Shown here one piece after another: positions 1 through 12,073 of a DNA stretch of 64,000 bases; positions within the stretch are counted from its first letter, which is position 1, and each line of letters opens with the position of its first letter. A model generated the notes under the pieces. That model searched no databases. It had not been told where the DNA came from and saw only the letters and a list, made by a program, of their open reading frames with translations. The position numbers and the translations under genes were made by a program. Source of the DNA: Octopus bimaculoides (Eukaryota); the NCBI RefSeq assembly GCF_001194135.2, contig NC_068982.1:91431206-91495205 (forward strand), read 5' to 3'.

Positions 1-471
1 GATGATGCCTTCATGCAGATTGCAGTGTCCACATCTCTTCCATGCAGTTAGAAAAGAGTCTTTTTCATCAACCTTTGATTTATTCAGTTTACTCAGTGTT
101 TAAGATAATCACCTTTGCTCTGGCTGTGAAGCTGCATCTCTCCATAATTTTTGGAATTTCTCTGGCAGCCTTCATGGTCTAAAGCAGATAGGCAGGATGT
201 CTCTAATATGATGGCAGGAGGTGTCTTTCTGGCATTATGTAGGAGGTGAGGTTTAGGTACCAAGCCGTTTATCCTTATGGGATTACTATGGCAGTGGAGG
301 TACATCTTTCCATAATGATGCTAAGAATACTTCACATTACCTTCCCATTGTTTTTGAAGAATGTAAGACATTATACAGTGTGTCATTGTTTTTCCCGAAG
401 TGGCTGGGTATGATCTGAAGGAGCTGTTATTTCTAGTAGGTCAAGCACAACTCCTGTAGTTTGTACCATTA

Positions 472-1779
472 TCTATATATATAAAAATGAGAATGTGTGT
501 CTGTCTGTCTGTCTGTCTGTGTGAATCCCTAAAACTCGAGAACTACGCAACCAATTTCATTCAAATTTTACACATGCCTTACTTAGGGTTCCAGTTGTGT
601 TTTAGTCAAAAAAAATGATTAACTTCTTGCAGAGTTCGAGCACACGGCAACATAATATCTCCTCCACTATTTAAGTATTACGTGTCAAAAGTGAAACAAA
701 AACACTCATGTCAAATACTTTCACTTTAAAAATGAAATTATTCCACTAACTGAAACAATCACATTTCGATACTGTAGTGACAGATACTTTCACAGAGAGA
801 GAAAGAGAGAAAGAGAGAGACAGAAAGAGAGAGAGANNNNNNNNNNNNNNNNNNNNNNNNNNNNNNNNNNNNNNNNNNNNNNNNNNNNNNNNNNNNNNNN
901 NNNNNNNNNNNNNNNNNNNNNNNNNNNNNNNNNNNNNNNNNNNNNNNNNNNNNNNNNNNNNNNNNNNNNNNNNNNNNNNNNNNNNNNNNNNNNNNNNNNN
1001 NNNNNNNNNNNNNNNNNNNNNNNNNNNNNNNNNNNNNNNNNNNNNNNNNNNNNNNNNNNNNNNNNNNNNNNNNNNNNNNNNNNNNNNNNNNNNNNNNNNN
1101 NNNNNNNNNNNNNNNNNNNNNNNNNNNNNNNNNNNNNNNNNNNNNNNNNNNNNNNNNNNNNNNNNNNNNNNNNNNNNNNNNNNNNNNNNNNNNNNNNNNN
1201 NNNNNNNNNNNNNNNNNNNNNNNNNNNNNNNNNNNNNNNNNNNNNNNNNNNNNNNNNNNNNNNNNNNNNNNNNNNNNNNNNNNNNNNNNNNNNNNNNNNN
1301 NNNNNNNNNNNNNNNNNNNNNNNNNNNNNNNNNNNNNNNNNNNNNNNNNNNNNNNNNNNNNNNNNNNNNNNNNNNNNNNNNNNNNNNNNNNNNNNNNNNN
1401 NNNNNNNNNNNNNNNNNNNNNNNNNNNNNNNNNNNNNNNNNNNNNNNNNNNNNNNNNNNNNNNNNNNNNNNNNNNNNNNNNNNNNNNNNNNNNNNNNNNN
1501 NNNNNNNNNNNNNNNNNNNNNNNNNNNNNNNNNNNNNNNNNNNNNNNNNNNNNNNNNNNNNNNNNNNNNNNNNNNCAGCAAGAAAGTATGTACATGATCA
1601 CCTTCTTTTACGAAACTTCATTGACTTTCATATATTTATATTGATATACATATATATACGTGTGTTTGGTTGCGTGTGTGTATATACATCTCTATATATA
1701 AAGATGATGCGTAGTCTAGACGGCGTTTTTAGATTTCATTATTCTCTTTAACCCGGGCAACGCCGGGTATTTCTGCTAG
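472..1779 (+). mobile_element. Non-autonomous Helitron-like element (interior partly in gap 837-1575)
   Basis: Starts TC (472-473, TCTATATATATAAAAATGAG) after host A471 and ends CTAG (1776-1779) before host T1780. Subterminal hairpin ACCCGG-gcaacg-CCGGGT at 1751-1768. These are the canonical Helitron termini and A|T target, with no TSD. Confidence 0.8.
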
Positions 1780-1829
1780 TTAAACTATATTTACACATGT
1801 AACAGTTATGTTTTTAGTTGCAGTCGAGG

Positions 1830-2490
1830 GTCACCAATTGTAATGGTTGTTGTTAAGGTGTTGGTTGCCAGTATGCAAGATGGAAGAAGAATAGTGATCG
1901 AAGTTGTAACGAAATATTCATTTGCTGTTACTTTGTATATGTCCAAAACCATGACGTGTTGGTATGTATAACTAGTAAATGGAAACACATGCGAGGTAAA
2001 AAGAGTTAAATTCGGCCGGTATGTGTGTACACAAACTCAAAGTAATATATAGAGAGAGATATGGTAATGTCACAGAGAAAAGAAAGTGAGCTAGTGAATG
2101 TGAGAGTTGTGGGACGAAACAACTGCTTTGTTGGTGAGTTACCATAGTTGTCCCTTCGTGCCCTTTCCTTTAGAGATGGAGTTTTCTTCAGCCGGTCAGC
2201 CAACTGACTTTGCCTTATGGAGTTCTTGTTTTTATAACTATCCAAAACCAGCCAGAAGGATAGACATATTGTTGAGAACAATAGATTTTGTTGGTGGTCT
2301 GTTATCTCTATTCTAGCTTTTGGTGGCCTAAAAGAGGTTAGAAGGGTCAAGTGGCAAAGACATTACTCTGCATAGCAAAGGCATCTGGCAAATGTAACTG
2401 CTGTCACTCACAGAAAAACTATTTTTCTACTATGAGAAAAGTGCTGTTGAACTGTTCAGTGAAATTTGGTGATTGAGGATCAAATCCACA
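1830..2490. repeat. Unclassified ~600-650 bp interspersed repeat, copy 1 (copy 2 at ~50925-51470)
   Basis: Colinear similarity to 50925-51470, e.g. GTGATCGAAGTTGTAA, AGAAAGTGAGCTAGTGA, TGCTTTGTTGGTGAGTTACCATA, GGTTAGAAGGGTCAAGT. Boundaries approximate. Confidence 0.75.
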
Positions 2491-2632
2491 CCATGCCTGC
2501 GTGATCCACTACACATACATTCAAGAGTCACATTATCTCCCCCAACTAATAAATAACATTAATTATACCCAGTTAAATGAATTTCTAAATGTCTGGCTGT
2601 TTGCTATTTTTTCTTTCTTTTTTTTCTAAAAG

Positions 2633-2797
2633 GATTTGCTTGGCGCTATGAGTCCTGACGAAATCCGAGAATTGTTAAACATACCACAAGTACCAAAACA
2701 GCCTGAAAAAATAGTAATTGGAATGGAACTTCCTGCTAAAGGTTTGAAGAAGGGCATTTCCAAAGTGAAGAGCTTTCTAACTGAAACAGCATTTTAG
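2633..2797 (+). CDS. Terminal coding exon of an unidentified gene: DLLGAMSPDEIRELLNIPQVPKQPEKIVIGMELPAKGLKKGISKVKSFLTETAF*
   Basis: Long polypyrimidine tract plus AAG acceptor ending at 2632, 54 sense codons with A/T-ending codon bias, TAG at 2795-2797, then an AT-rich UTR-like region with AATAAA motifs. Phase 0 assumed; upstream exons lie outside the window. Confidence 0.75.
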   Translation, partial: DLLGAMSPDEIRELLNIPQVPKQPEKIVIGMELPAKGLKKGISKVKSFLTETAF

Positions 2798-4749
2798 CTT
2801 GAGGTACATTTAGAAAGAATAATAGAAAGTGTAGCATAGTTTATTTAAAGAAACTTCTACTTCACTTCTGCCCACAGTATCACCAATTGTAAATATCAAG
2901 ATAGTATTTTATTTGAAATTGTTACTATTTTGATGAATTCTGCATATCATTCTCTATTTTTATCATCGTTTTTCACAGCAACTTTATTTACAATGTTGCC
3001 ACTCGTTTATCCAGTAGAATATACAACAGCTGACTAGTGTTTAGCTTATATTTATAATAAAATAAATTATTATCCCTATACCAAAGAAAATAAATGTCAG
3101 GCCCTCCAAATTGGAACTTTATCCAATATAAAATTTTCTATAAAAGATCTGATACGCAGCTCTGACTGCATTTTATGTATTAAACTAAGGTGACCTTCAT
3201 GTTTTTGTGATCATCTGTATTTATTTTTCATACCACATATAATTCAAACTGTTTCCTACAATATTTTGAAAATATTGTGAAGATAATCCAACCTGTTGCA
3301 TTTCAGTGACTTTTGTTGTAACTTTGTTAAGAAATAAAAATAAAATAAAATTAATGTATTTTGTCAGTTCAAATAATCATGTTATTATGGATAACTGGAC
3401 AGTTAACTTTAGATTATTTTGTTACTTAATACTTATTATGAAATTGAAATTATTTATTAGGAATTGATTTTCTTTACATCTGCAAGTCTGATTTGTATCA
3501 TCTGTTAAATTGAATGTTTTTTTGTCAAATAACTAATGTTTTCCTACCATTTATTTAGTTGTTTTTTTTTTATTTTTGCTTTTAGTTTATTCATATTTTT
3601 CTTAAGTTTTGCTAATTAGAAGCAGTAATTTCAGATACAGGGAATAGTCCTGAAAACGTAATTGCATTCCAAAATATGCTTCTCACCATTACAAATTTAT
3701 GACTTGTTTTTAGTACAAGTTTATCCTTTCTAGACACAGTGGGTCATTGTGGCCTTATCTGTAAATATAAGGTTTTTCTTTATTTTCATTTAAATTGCTT
3801 TTTTTTTTCCTTTTTATATTTGTATATTTTTCATTTTTATTTTTCTGTCTTAAGTATGAAGGAGTTTCTTTTTATATTTAAAGAAATCAATACTGTTGCA
3901 ATGAGAAATTATATTTATAATCAAATATTTTATGTTTTTTATAAACTAGTTTATTATTCCACCACTGATAAACATGATTAAAAAAACCCAAAAAACTACA
4001 GTATTAAAGTGTTCTATTTTTACCTAGAATATATGAAGGCAAGTTATCAAAGCTGGTTTGTTCAGTAAAATAGAAAATATACTCATTTAATGTCCACTTT
4101 CGCATGCTTATATCGATAGGATTTTCTATGGCTGGTTGCCCTTCTTGTTACCAAACCTCACGTATTTTCAAGCAACATAGATAGGCTCTGCTTGTGTAGG
4201 CACATGTACATATACATACACAATGAGATTTATCCAGTTACCATCTAGTATATCCACTCATACCCAGGAATGTAGTGGAAGGTATGTGAGACTGAACCCA
4301 AGACCACATTGTTGGGAAGTAAGTTTTATTATTCACATTTTAAGATACTGTTTTAGAGGATTGCACTTGTCCAGACACACAGCACCATTCCAATTTGATG
4401 ATTTGCTGTTGGTTGATATTATGCTGTAGAGTTAGTTTTGTGAAGAGGAATGAGTGAACTCAATCATGGACACATTCTCAGACTGGTGATATTTTACATC
4501 CCCAACTTCATGATTAATACTCTCCTTACTTTCTCATGTCGCCATAACTAATCAATTCTTATATTCCTAATATTGCATTATGCCGAATTCTGGAAAGGAA
4601 AATTGGAAAAAATTCTACAGAACTCTTTCAGATTATCATCAGCATTTTAATTTTAATGTTAGTTTATGCCAGTCATACTAAGTGGCTTCTGCATTTATAA
4701 AAACTTTATGGTCATCATCATTAGCATTCATACTGATACTGGTTGGATA

Positions 4750-6250
4750 GTTTGACAGGATCCAACAGGTCAAAGAACTGCATTAAGCTCCTGAGATTAG
4801 GCTTCACTTCTTATGGCCTTTGTCTTCTACAAAATCTTTCCTGTTGAATCTCTTGGCACTCTTTTATATAGCTCTCATCCTCCATATGCACCACAGCCTT
4901 GTCTCCACTCTAGTACACTACATCTAATTTCTTTTATACCCAGTTTTTTCTTCAAGTCATTCCTGTACACTATTACACATCTATTAGAGTATGCACACCT
5001 CTACATTGAATGCCCATATTTCACTACCACATATCATCACATTTGGTACACAAACATCAAACAATATAGTTTTCAGTTGGAGGAAGGACCTCTTTGTTGC
5101 CAGCAAAATAGCTTCCTGAACTTCCTCCACACAGTTTTTACTCTGAAATCTATTCTTTTCAAACTTTCTCTTCTCTTGACAATTTGATCACCTAGGCAAC
5201 AACTTCTATTGAGTCTTCAAGGATTTGGAAAAAAAATATTTTATGGGTGCTCTTACAGCTAATTACTTCTGTGCATCTGCTACATATCTTTCAGCCTTCT
5301 TATGATCCTACTGCATATCTTGCACAGCAATTATTGGGTACAACATGTAAAATGTGTACCAATTCCTTTCTTAGACATTGGGTGTAAAGAGCCCTGGATG
5401 GTTTGAGAGTCCTATCTTCCTGTTAACTAAAATTTTTGCTTTTGCTAGATTTTTGTATCTACATTTGGAATTTCTTCTCCAATTCTTCAAAGATTTGTCT
5501 ACAAGAACCAGGTCATAAGTGTAAAGAAGTTCTCATAGCTAGTTTTAAAGTCGTCTATTATGATCTGGAGAACTACAATAAGTAGGATAGAGCTGAAGAC
5601 TAAGCTCTGATGGACACCAGCTTTCTTGCTAAATTCCATTCATCACTTCTGATTGTGGTACATATGTAGAGACCTTGTAACTTGTCATAGCTTAATTACT
5701 CTGTTGCTTTCCCCCAACTATCTCAGTGTATTTCTCTGCCAGTAAACTTATTCTATTAATTCCAGTGTTGTATCTACCATTAAAAATCTAAATGTTTCCC
5801 ATGAGGAATCTTATTGAGACTTCCTTCCATCTTACTTCTTGTACATAACACACATCTACTCACCTCCACTCTACAATTTTTCCAGACTGACCTTTCATCA
5901 TGCTAACATTGAAGTGCCATGTGATCTCAACATTGGGAATGTTTATATATGCAGCTTTTAGCAGTGAAGAGAGATTTTACTGAGTTCATGTTTTGCTTGC
6001 ATCTTCCAATTTGGTATGTTTTCCACACCTGGAGCCTCCCCCAACAGCTTCACAGAAGGTCCTTCATGTACTTTGTGACATCACCAGTAGTAGAAGGACC
6101 CCAAAATAGCCAGTACTCTGTATCAGTTCCTATTCAGTGCTACTGCCTTCCTAGACAGGCCACTCATGATGCAGCTTGCAAAGTCCATGTTTCACTCAAA
6201 CATTTCATTTTGGTTGAGTGGGATTTAGCTTCCAAGAGGTGGTATAAAAC
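4750..6250 (-). mobile_element. Degenerate RTE-type LINE remnant (reverse transcriptase and C-terminal region)
   Basis: Minus-strand decayed peptides GVHQSLVFSSILLIVVLQ (~5570-5618; cf. GVHQGSVLSPLLF), frameshifted LYTYDLVL (~5505-5530; cf. LYADDLVL) and MICGSEIWAF (~5010-5040; cf. LYGSETWAL). Multiple stops and frameshifts. Confidence 0.75.
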
Positions 6251-7283
6251 TGACAGGGACAATGATTGCCTCATTTATTTTGATGATAGTAGAAATTTGT
6301 TTTTAAAATGATAGCCTGATTGCGAAGATAAATCTCTGAAAAGATGCATTTCAAAACAAATGAAAAAAATTTTCAAGTTATTTTCATAACTTCTAACCTA
6401 TTTTTCTTTTTGTAAAAATCTAGTTTATATTCTGTAAATAATAGTAAAGAATAGAGATTTTTCACTGAATTTTCATATATATATATATATGTGTGTGTGT
6501 ATGTATATATATATATATATATGTAATCTATAGATTTTTTTCATCAATGCACAGTGCTAAGTTCCATATTGAATCTCAACAGGAATACTAGTGAGAAGTT
6601 ATGAGGATAAAACTAAGCATTGCATATTTGTATATTATTAAAAACATGAATAATTTATATTGACTAGTTTAATCGAGAACTTTATATTTTGAATTTAAAA
6701 AATGGTTTTGTATTTTCTATATTGTTTGTCTAGATCTAAATGGGTGAATTACAGCAGCTAGAACAATTTCTTACTACAACACTATATGTTAGAATGCTAT
6801 ACCAAAACAAAAAAATTACAGTAGCAACATCTTTCTGTTGTCAAGTGTGCCAAATACTAAAAGACCACAAATGCCAAGACCTATCCAATCCTTACAGACA
6901 TGTATAGTAATGTACTTTGGCTAAGATACATTATTTCTGTAATTCGATTTGAATTCACTAAATCTATTTTGGGCATCTAAGTTGCTAAATTTGGAAGGTA
7001 TAATTGCTAGATTAAAATAACTGTTTTACATCCAGTTCACCATACTTGCATTGGCCAGATGTCTCTATATTCTTACAGCTGGGATGTTATTCCTAATCTT
7101 CCATTCTTATTTCATACTACATTATCCATTTCTTTTTTTTTTTTTTTAAGTAGGATGTGATTTGAAGGGGATTAGTTTGTTTTTCCAAGGTAATGCAGTC
7201 AATATCAAAATCTCAATCTGAAGGAACTGGTTTACTATATATTGTCTGGCATTTTACATAAAGTCTCTCTTATTTGTACTAAC

Positions 7284-7768
7284 CAGTGGCTCCCAACTTT
7301 TTGTAACTCAGTGCCTCTTTCACTAAATGCTATTTTAAAACATTTCTGTTTTGCAAAAAGGAAAAAAAAAAAGCAGGGTTAATTTTTTTGCCCTTATTAG
7401 CCATATTTTCTTATACTATCCCACCAGTGGCTGCCTCTTTTTAGGTATTTGTGTGAACCAAAGTCTGTGGAAATTAGTAAAGATGATGAGGACATATATA
7501 ATGGAATAATAGCAGAGCATGATTCCTTATTAGTCAAGTTTCTGCTCACTGATAACACAATGCCTTACTCAAATTCTAACCTTGATGAAAACTTTTTTTT
7601 GAAAATGTGTTTAAAATATAAGTATTGTTCTTGGTTTAATTATCTTATTTCTAATAAAAATCACAACCCCTCAAAATGTTCTATGCCTCTCCTCCACAGC
7701 ATCCCTTGACATTTTCTAACCCCTTCGTGAGCTTAACCTTGACTGAAGTGCCCCATTCAAAACCACTA
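7284..7768. mobile_element. Old hAT-type MITE (CAGTGG...CCACT(G/A) termini)
   Basis: Left CAGTGGCTCCCAAC, right TTCAAAACCACTA; degenerate 8-bp flanks GTACTAAC / GGATTGAC. Confidence 0.5.
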
Positions 7769-7886
7769 GGATTGACCTTTTAAGCAGTTTGGTTTTCCTC
7801 AGTATTGTCTTCAAATTCATAAAGGTAAATAAGTCTCTCTAACTTGTCAGAATGATGACAAAAATGTGTGTATGTGNNNNNNNNNN

Positions 7887-7962
<76 letters not shown>
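7887..7962. repeat. Compound (TG)n(TA)n(GA)n microsatellite, one of many; others at 6476-6522, 14002-14027, 28605-28685, 61548-61575
   Basis: Directly visible dinucleotide runs adjoining gap 7877-7886. Confidence 0.95.
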
Positions 7963-7965
<3 letters not shown>

Positions 7966-10900
7966 TAGTAAAATAAATAATGACTAGGGCTGGACATCAT
8001 TATCATTTAACATGTGTTCCATGCTGGCATGGGTTTGATGGTTTGACAAAATGTGATGGGTCCAAGGGCTGCAGTGTTTGCTTTGGCACAGTTTCTAAGG
8101 TTGGATGCCTTTAACACCAACCACTTTACAGTGAGTACTGAGTGTTTTTTTTTTCAAGCCACCAGCACTTGTGAGGCTACCATGCAGTTCACAAAATCCC
8201 TGAGAGAAAAGAGGTATCCTTATACTACATGAGGGAATTGAAGTATGAGAGAAGGGGGCTAAGCAGGTTTCTTGTAGTGAAGCTCGATGGTTACTCACAT
8301 TTAGAAGAGAAAGTAAGAATGATCAGGTGGAACTGCAAAGAGATAATAGTGATGAGATGTCCAGGTAGCCCCTTCAAGGTACAAAGTGAGTGAAAATGAG
8401 TGGGGACAGAGGAACTAGGGAGGTGGGTGGATGAGGGTACTTATACAAATTATTTGTCCTTTTAACTTACTGATCAAGATGTTAGATACTAGGATATAAC
8501 AAATTTTTACAGATATAGAATAGATGGAAGGAAACAGAAACAATGGGATGAAACCATAGAGAAAAGGTGAAGTTGTTTTAGGATAGTTGCTTTTTCGCTG
8601 GGTAAAATCTATAGAACTCCCATTTTTATAGATTTTACTCAGTTCTTAAAACTTCTAAGGATTAAAGTATATATAGACCATGCAGTAAAATTCTAGTTTC
8701 ATGGACATCTTCTCTTGAAAAGGTTGCTGAAGACACTCTTAATATGTATAAAGTAGAGAAATCTCATCAGTTCAGGTTGCAATCTTTTATTATTAACATT
8801 TGGGGAGGTGAATGCATCAAATCATGAGGGATTAAAAGCATTTGTTGAGGTTCATTTGGAATCTCAATAAATAACAAAAGTAATTTGGGGAGGGAAAAAG
8901 GAAGAGTACTGATCACATTGAAAGGCTTCTCTTCATTATTGACAATCCATTTGGAAATATTACAGATAAGTGAAAAAAAAAAGACTGACAATGTGAAACG
9001 AAGGTACAATAATATTACTAATAATGCTCAAGTATTTGGAGGGTGGGAGAGGGTAAGAAGAGATTTTGGAGAATTGTCAATGTTCCAATAATAAAAAAAG
9101 AGTCAGTTCAAATGGTTAGAGTCAGATAGATAAATGTTTGTTGCACACCTATTTGACTACGATTGTACAGCCGCATGGTTAAGAAGTTTGCATTACAACT
9201 ACATGGTTTCAGGTTCAATCCCACTGAGTGGCACTTACAACAAATGTCTTCTGCTGTAACCTTGAGTCAACTAAAGACTTGAGTGAAATTTGGTAGATGG
9301 AAACTGTATGAAAGTCTGTCATAGATCCGTCTTGGACAGTAGTTTTAATCCAGCTCCCAGTTTGGCATCACCACCTGGCCCTCATGTACCTTCAGCTGAG
9401 TTCCATCTGTTACAAGCGTTCATGCCATGTCTCTGGTCTAAGGAAAACTTCCTCCTCCTACAATAATACAGGCCCTGAAAGAGGTTTAGGACATTACCTT
9501 TATTCCTCTGACTAAATTATGGTTTACAAAAAAACAAAATGTGATAACAAAAAGATAATAATCATAAAGTTAATTGGACCTTTTGACATATTACAAGTCA
9601 GATTTTATGCAGCGATGTTATAAGTAATAAAGTGAATTAGAGAAATCTGTGGCCTTATGAAAAATACTCATGTATGATAGGAGTAGCTACTGGTTAATTG
9701 TAACAATCATCTGGCTTCTACACTAGATGTGATCTAACTGAAAAGACCAAAAAGTGCTATGAATTTTGATTAATACACTCTATAGCATTTGACAGTAAAC
9801 ACTAAGAAGGGCATACAGCCATAGAAACTAGACCAAAGCAGACATTGGTACACAGTGCAGTCCTCAGATCTGTTGAATCCTGTCAAAGTGTCTAAACCAT
9901 GCTGGCATGGAACATGGATGTTAAATGACAATTATGATAACAGGAAAAAAAAAAGGGCTTGGGTAAAACATTTATAATGCAATAAGTAGTTAATTTGATG
10001 TGTGTTAGGGAAATTGAAGGGACAAAAGGCATACAGAAGATTGCCTTCAAATAATTTGGAAGGGGAAATATATTGAGTAAACTGTCTGATAATTTTTCTC
10101 TTACACAAAAAATATGCTAAATGTATCATGTAAATCTACTATAAGAACAGACATCCTTTAGAATGGAGTAAAAACCTGAAATAGTGAATGTATATTTCGT
10201 TTATATTTGTAGATGGGGTACATTTTAAGTTGAGCTAGAGATCCTGTACTGGTTAAATGGCAATAGGGTGCTGTACCCTTACAAAGGAATTAATATGAAT
10301 TTATGCTCTCTTATATTGTAAGGGATCAATAAACCATGTACATTTCTATTAGCTAATAAGGTAAATGGAGAGGTGAAGGATGATAGAGGGTGGTTAGTAT
10401 AGGCTCACTCATATAACAGGGCAGTAACTCCTATGAACTGATACTTTGTCTTGCAGGTGCCATGTAAAATGCATTCATGCTGGTATCATGTAAAAGTGCT
10501 CATGCTGGTTGCACATGAGAAGCACCCAGCACATTCTGTAAAGTGGTTGGCATAAGGAAGGTCATCAAGCCTCAGAAACTTTACCAAAATAGACAATTGG
10601 AGTCTGGACAACTCCTCTCAAACTGTCCAACCCATGCCAGCATGTAAAACGGATATTAAATGATGATGATGTAAAATGATGGTGATCAATATACTTTCAG
10701 TAGATTTTTGTATTAACATATAAATTGTTTAAGCAGATGTCATCAGCTTTGAATAAATTCTGTAATGGTGAGTTTATGTTTTCAATAATTGGTGAGTTTG
10801 AAGTTATATTACTATTAAATAAATACAATAGAACACATAAATATATCTGCAACACTTGAGTATGTACTACCCAAATATCAGTCAAAACTGTCCACTAAAT

Positions 10901-11379
10901 AACTTACTGAAACACTCTAAAATCTATTCCAATTTTGCACACCTGTAATCTGATCTGAAATAACATTTGATGGTAATGTTTTTTTTCGTTTTTCTTTTAA
11001 TGATATTCTTAACACCAATGTTTTTATGATTAAAGATGAAATAAATATGATAAGACTGTTTTACTTTTATGTGATGTTTTATTTCTTAATTTGTTGTATA
11101 CTATTTCAGAAGAAATTAGGCCCACAATCTTTGATGTACCATCAGAAATGTGAATGTCACATGGTTTAATTTCTATTGATATATTGAAATAACTGGAAAA
11201 AAACATATAAACAAATGTTGCACAAAGATTAAGGTGTCTTTTGAAAACAGATGTTAGGATAAAGTGGAATGAAGGCAACAAGACAAGCGGAAAATCATGT
11301 AATATGATGTGTTTTCAATATTAGTTAGCAACCGTAGAAAAAACAAACCCCCAAAAAACTACCATAGCAGCATTTGTAT

Positions 11380-11784
11380 CCTTTAGCATTTAACCCTTTC
11401 GTTACCAAAACAGCTGAAACCGGCTCTATCTCTGAGTACCAATGTTTTGTTTTCATAAGTTTTGAATTAAAATCTTCCATCAAACCTTAGTCACAATTTA
11501 TGTTCCTAACATTAGCTGAATGATAACTAAGTTAAATTACTAAATTCTTTGTTATATTTAAAGTGATTGAAAGAATCACAGAGCATCTTAAAATAAATAC
11601 AGTAACGAAAGGGTTAAAGTGGTTATATCAGGCCCCAAAATATTCTACCCATGTTATATTCAAACTGACCAGATCTTGTCTCTCACACTCACCCCCCAAT
11701 GTCATTCTAAAAATATACAAGATAATGCCTGATTAATTCAAAATGTAAGTATTACATTTGACAGAGTAATCTGAATGCTAAAGG
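11380..11784. mobile_element. Outer MITE with 11-bp TIRs, interrupted by an inner piggyBac-type MITE
   Basis: CCTTTAGCATT (11380-11390) is the exact reverse complement of AATGCTAAAGG (11774-11784). Confidence 0.65.
11394..11613. mobile_element. piggyBac-type MITE (~220 bp) with TTAA target duplication
   Basis: TTAA (11390-11393) + CCCTTTCGTTAC ... GTAACGAAAGGG + TTAA (11614-11617); perfect 12-bp TIR. Confidence 0.85.
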
Positions 11785-12073
11785 TTTATTGATGCTGAAA
11801 ATAGACATTACCAATGTCAATTCAATAAAATAGCAATAAAATATGGACAAACGTTTCAAACAGCAAGTATTCTTGTAGATATCCTGAAATTACTTAGTTA
11901 AAGATAGAAAATGGTAAATGGAAATGATCTGATGAAAATAATGGCTAACAACAGCAAAATTACATAAAGAATAGCAATAATTGTTAAGTTGAAGATAATG
12001 AGGACTAAAAACACAATTAGTGATTGTTTAGGCATAGGTATTAATACATTTATAGAAACAAATCAGATAATTT

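Noticed and set aside
1-470. Minus-strand ORF 93-305 and neighbouring short frames
   Set aside because: No recognisable domain, no flanking splice sites and stops in all frames; possibly an old transposon remnant but unassignable.
759-1751. Long ORFs made of X residues (also 12162-12861, 42772-43842, 53459-53818)
   Set aside because: Artefacts of N gaps; no stop codons can be called in Ns.
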